Under the pieces are notes generated by a model. It ran no database searches, was not told where the DNA came from, and was given only the letters and a program-made list of their open reading frames with translations. Below are positions 61,185 to 64,000 of a stretch of DNA of 64,000 nucleotides, one piece after another. The number at the start of each line of letters is the position of its first letter. Positions within the stretch are counted from its first letter, which is position 1. The DNA is from an uncultured delta proteobacterium. Its GTDB lineage: Bacteria; Desulfobacterota; RBG-13-43-22. The stretch spans positions 224,001 to 288,000 of the forward strand of contig CAWBOS010000015.1 of assembly GCA_963790475.1 (NCBI GenBank). The letters run 5' to 3'. The position numbers and the translations under genes were made by a program.

Positions 61185-61256
61185 AAAAAAGCCCTGATGG
61201 ATGACGAGCATACCCTCGGAACGCTTATCACCTATCAGGGCTTACTCTTTATTCTC
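61185..61256 (-). promoter_or_regulatory. GlpP-type leader terminator upstream of glpA
   Basis: GAGAATAAAGAGTAAGCCCTGATAG...CCATCAGGGCTTTTTT. Confidence 0.78.
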
Positions 61257-61300
61257 GTGCCCCAATACATCGTTAAATAAAATTTCCTTTTACTGCATGA

Positions 61301-61329
61301 AATGTAAGTAAAATTGACTTTCATGTCAA
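61301..61329 (-). promoter_or_regulatory. Sigma70 promoter of the glp-hdr operon
   Basis: TTGACA-17 bp-TACATT upstream of the leader. Confidence 0.6.
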
Positions 61330-61386
61330 GAATTATTTTTATTGAGAAAGGACCGGCTTCCTTCAACCCCTTTTGCCGGACGAGAT

Positions 61387-61417
61387 AAAAAAAGGGTTAG
61401 AGGAAACCTCTAACCCT
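61387..61417 (-). terminator. Intrinsic terminator after the tRNA
   Basis: AGGGTTAGAGG-ttt-CCTCTAACCCT followed by a T-run. Confidence 0.8.
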
Positions 61418-61428
61418 GTGTGTGTTTT

Positions 61429-61505
<77 letters not shown>

Positions 61506-61570
61506 ACAGCCTTAAATTTTATTTATAACATAAATTTATTAGAAGTGTCAATCCTTTTCTGAATTGCCAA

Positions 61571-62035
61571 TTATTTTTCGCTGGCCTCTTCCTTTTTCCC
61601 CTGCCCCGGCATCATGCCTTTCACTTTGTCCAGGGCTTCTCCGGCCCTGCTCTTTTTCTTTTTGGTTTTTTTGGCCTCTGGACGTCCTACCAATTCAATC
61701 ACCGACACCGGAGCGCCGTCTCCTTTTCGATAACGGAGTTTGGTGATCTTGGTATAACCTCCGTTTCGTTCTAAAAAGCGGTCCTTGATTTCGGCAAACA
61801 GTTTATGGACCATCTGCGTGTCCTGTATATATGCCAGGGCCTGCCGGCGGGCATGAAGATCCCCCTTCTTGGCCAGGGTAACCATCCGGTCGGCTTCGAT
61901 CCGGAGCTCTTTGGCCTTGGCCAGAGTGGTTTCAATGCGTTCATGCTCAATAAGGGAAGTGACCATGTTACGCATTAAAGCGTTGCGGTGACTGGCAGTA
62001 CGACTCAATTTTCTTCCAGCGCAATTATGTCTCAT
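61571..62035 (-). CDS. rplQ: 50S ribosomal protein L17
   Basis: MRH...[22 protein letters not shown]. Confidence 0.97.
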   Translation of the reverse strand: MRHNCAGRKLSRTASHRNALMRNMVTSLIEHERIETTLAKAKELRIEADRMVTLAKKGDLHARRQALAYIQDTQMVHKLFAEIKDRFLERNGGYTKITKLRYRKGDGAPVSVIELVGRPEAKKTKKKKSRAGEALDKVKGMMPGQGKKEEASEK

Positions 62036-63044
62036 TATCGTTTTCCTTATTTTCTTCTAACGGGGGAGGAGCATCAAAACCCTCCAGCTTCATCCCCAAA
62101 TGCAACCCCATTTCTTCCAATATGGCTTTGATCTCATTCAGCGATTTTCGACCAAAGTTTTTTGTTTTCAACATTTCCGGTTCTGTTCTCTGGACCAGTT
62201 CCCAAATATGCCGGATATTGGCATTTTTGAGACAATTGGCCGATCGGACGGAAAGCTCAAGTTCCTCTACACTCTTATATAAATTCTGATTAATTTGTTC
62301 TTCCGGATGAATGACCTCCATCCGCTCCGGCTCTTCGACCACCTCTTCAAAATTAATGAATGGGGTTAACTGCTCCTTCAAAATTTTGGCCGCTATGGCT
62401 ATCGAATCTTCCGGAGTAATGCTGCCGTCAGTCCAGATTTCCAAGGTCAGTTTGTCATAATCCGTGATTTGACCGACCCTGGCGGTCCCCACAATGTAGG
62501 TAACCTTTTTTATCGGAGAAAAGGCACTGTCTAAAAAGATCGTCCCTATGGGGACGTTTTCCATTTTATTCCTCTCCGAGGGAACATACCCCTTCCCCAT
62601 TTTAACCATCATTTCCGCTTTTAATCGACCGTCTGCGGAAAGTGTAGCGATAGGAAGATCGGGGTTAAGAATCTCCACCTGGGGGTCACAAATAAGATCC
62701 TTGCCCCGGACCAGCCCTTCCTTAGCGGCATTGAGCTTAATGGTCCGCGGCTCATCCCCATGCATTTTTAAACGAACCGCCTTAAGATTCAAAATGATAT
62801 CGGTGACATCTTCCACCACACCGGGGAGCGTGGAAAATTCATGGAGGGCCCCGTCGAATTTAACGGAGACAATCGCCGCCCCTTGAAGTGAAGAAATAAG
62901 GACCCTTCGCAGGGCATTTCCCAAGGTAATCCCAAAGCCTCGTTCCAAGGGTTCGCAGATGAATTTCCCGTAGAAACGACTGTGGTCTTCCGGATCCACT
63001 TCCAGCCTTTTGGGCTTTATCAGTTCTCGCCAGTTCCGATACAT
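62025..63044 (-). CDS. rpoA: RNA polymerase subunit alpha
   Basis: [33 protein letters not shown]. Confidence 0.98.
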   Translation of the reverse strand: MYRNWRELIKPKRLEVDPEDHSRFYGKFICEPLERGFGITLGNALRRVLISSLQGAAIVSVKFDGALHEFSTLPGVVEDVTDIILNLKAVRLKMHGDEPRTIKLNAAKEGLVRGKDLICDPQVEILNPDLPIATLSADGRLKAEMMVKMGKGYVPSERNKMENVPIGTIFLDSAFSPIKKVTYIVGTARVGQITDYDKLTLEIWTDGSITPEDSIAIAAKILKEQLTPFINFEEVVEEPERMEVIHPEEQINQNLYKSVEELELSVRSANCLKNANIRHIWELVQRTEPEMLKTKNFGRKSLNEIKAILEEMGLHLGMKLEGFDAPPPLEENKENDNET

Positions 63045-63081
63045 AATCTCTCCTTAATCTTTTCCAAAAAGAGGTGTAAAT

Positions 63082-63708
63082 TTACTTGGAATAGAGTTCG
63101 ACAATAAGCTGTTCTTGAATAGGCATGGTTAAATCTTCCCGAACCGGTATAGATTTAATGACTCCTGAACAGTATGTTTTTTCGAGTTCTAACCATTGTG
63201 GAATTCCTCTTCGGGCAACCGCCTCCATGGATTCGATAATTGACGCAATTTTCTGGCTCTTCTCTTTGACGGACACCGTATCCCCCTTTTTTAAAAGGAA
63301 GGAAGGGATATTGACCCGTCGCCCGTTCACCAGAAAATGATTATGTCGAACTAACTGTCGAGCCTGATTTCTGGAATTTGAAAAACCCAACCGATAAACC
63401 ACGTTGTCCAACCTTCTCTCTAAAAGGGTTAAAAGATTGGTTCCGGTAATCCCCTTTAGACGGTCAGCCCGGGCAAAGGTTCCCCGGAATTGAGATTCGA
63501 GCAACCCGTACATCCATTTAACTTTTTGTTTTTCCCGAAGCTGAATTCCGTATTCTGAACGCTTGCCGCGGCCCTGACCATGTTGCCCCGGCGCATAACT
63601 TCGACGTTCGAAGGCACACTTGTCGGAATAACACCGATCCCCTTTAAGAAACATCTTCAAATTTTCCCGCCGGCACAATCGGCAGACCGAATCTCTATAT
63701 CTAGCCAA
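63082..63708 (-). CDS. rpsD: 30S ribosomal protein S4
   Basis: PGQHG, LREKQK, LERRLDN, IVELYSK. Confidence 0.98.
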   Translation of the reverse strand: MARYRDSVCRLCRRENLKMFLKGDRCYSDKCAFERRSYAPGQHGQGRGKRSEYGIQLREKQKVKWMYGLLESQFRGTFARADRLKGITGTNLLTLLERRLDNVVYRLGFSNSRNQARQLVRHNHFLVNGRRVNIPSFLLKKGDTVSVKEKSQKIASIIESMEAVARRGIPQWLELEKTYCSGVIKSIPVREDLTMPIQEQLIVELYSK

Positions 63709-63740
63709 CCTTTTCCTCCTATGAATGGATGATTAAGGGA

Positions 63741-64000
63741 TTAAACCCGTCGCTTTTTGGGAGGACGACACCCATTATGAGGGATGGGGGTGACATCCCG
63801 GATCAATTTGACCTGAAAACCTGTCGCCTGCAGGGCCCTCAGAGCCGCTTCCCGGCCTGCTCCCGGGCCTTTTATGAAAACGTCCACCGAACGCATCCCG
63901 TTTTCCATGGCCTTTTTGGCAGCCTCTTCAGCGGCCAATTGGGCGGCAAACGGGGTGCTCTTTCGAGACCCCTTAAAACCTTGAGTGCCCGCACTGGCCC
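63741..64000 (-). CDS. rpsK: 30S ribosomal protein S11 (5' end outside window)
   Basis: [38 protein letters not shown]. Confidence 0.97.
   Translation of the reverse strand, partial: ASAGTQGFKGSRKSTPFAAQLAAEEAAKKAMENGMRSVDVFIKGPGAGREAALRALQATGFQVKLIRDVTPIPHNGCRPPKKRRV

Noticed and set aside
61110-61211. Upstream extension of glpA in the ORF track (similar for glpK and the transposases)
   Set aside because: It overlaps the leader terminator; downstream starts fit RBS position and family N-termini better.

Overview
Bacterial DNA, most likely Desulfobacterota (deltaproteobacterial-type rpoA/rpsD, Hdr genes, a selenocysteine codon). About 1-46 kb is a patchwork accessory region. It holds transporters, peptidases, a P-type H+-ATPase, an orphan SdhA-like oxidoreductase triad, an apparently exported AmmeMemoRadiSam operon, an AT-rich islet with a putative modification-sensing nuclease, many gene remnants and two near-identical inverted IS1634 copies. 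From 32.7 to 45 kb, seven degenerate copies of one ~170-bp segment, which looks like the 3' end of an unidentified gene, sit at gene boundaries. About 47-61 kb is a minus-strand glycerol locus: glpA-glpB-hdrC-hdrB-hdrA-[Sec-MvhD/HdrD fusion]-glpK-glpP-membrane hydrolase. It has two matching GlpP-type leader terminators, and hdrA is flanked by two structure-conserved palindromic elements with potentially kissing loops. The window ends with tRNA-fMet and the alpha operon (rpsK partial, rpsD, rpoA, rplQ). Several single-base frameshifts may be assembly errors. All calls come from reading the sequence by eye; no searches were run.
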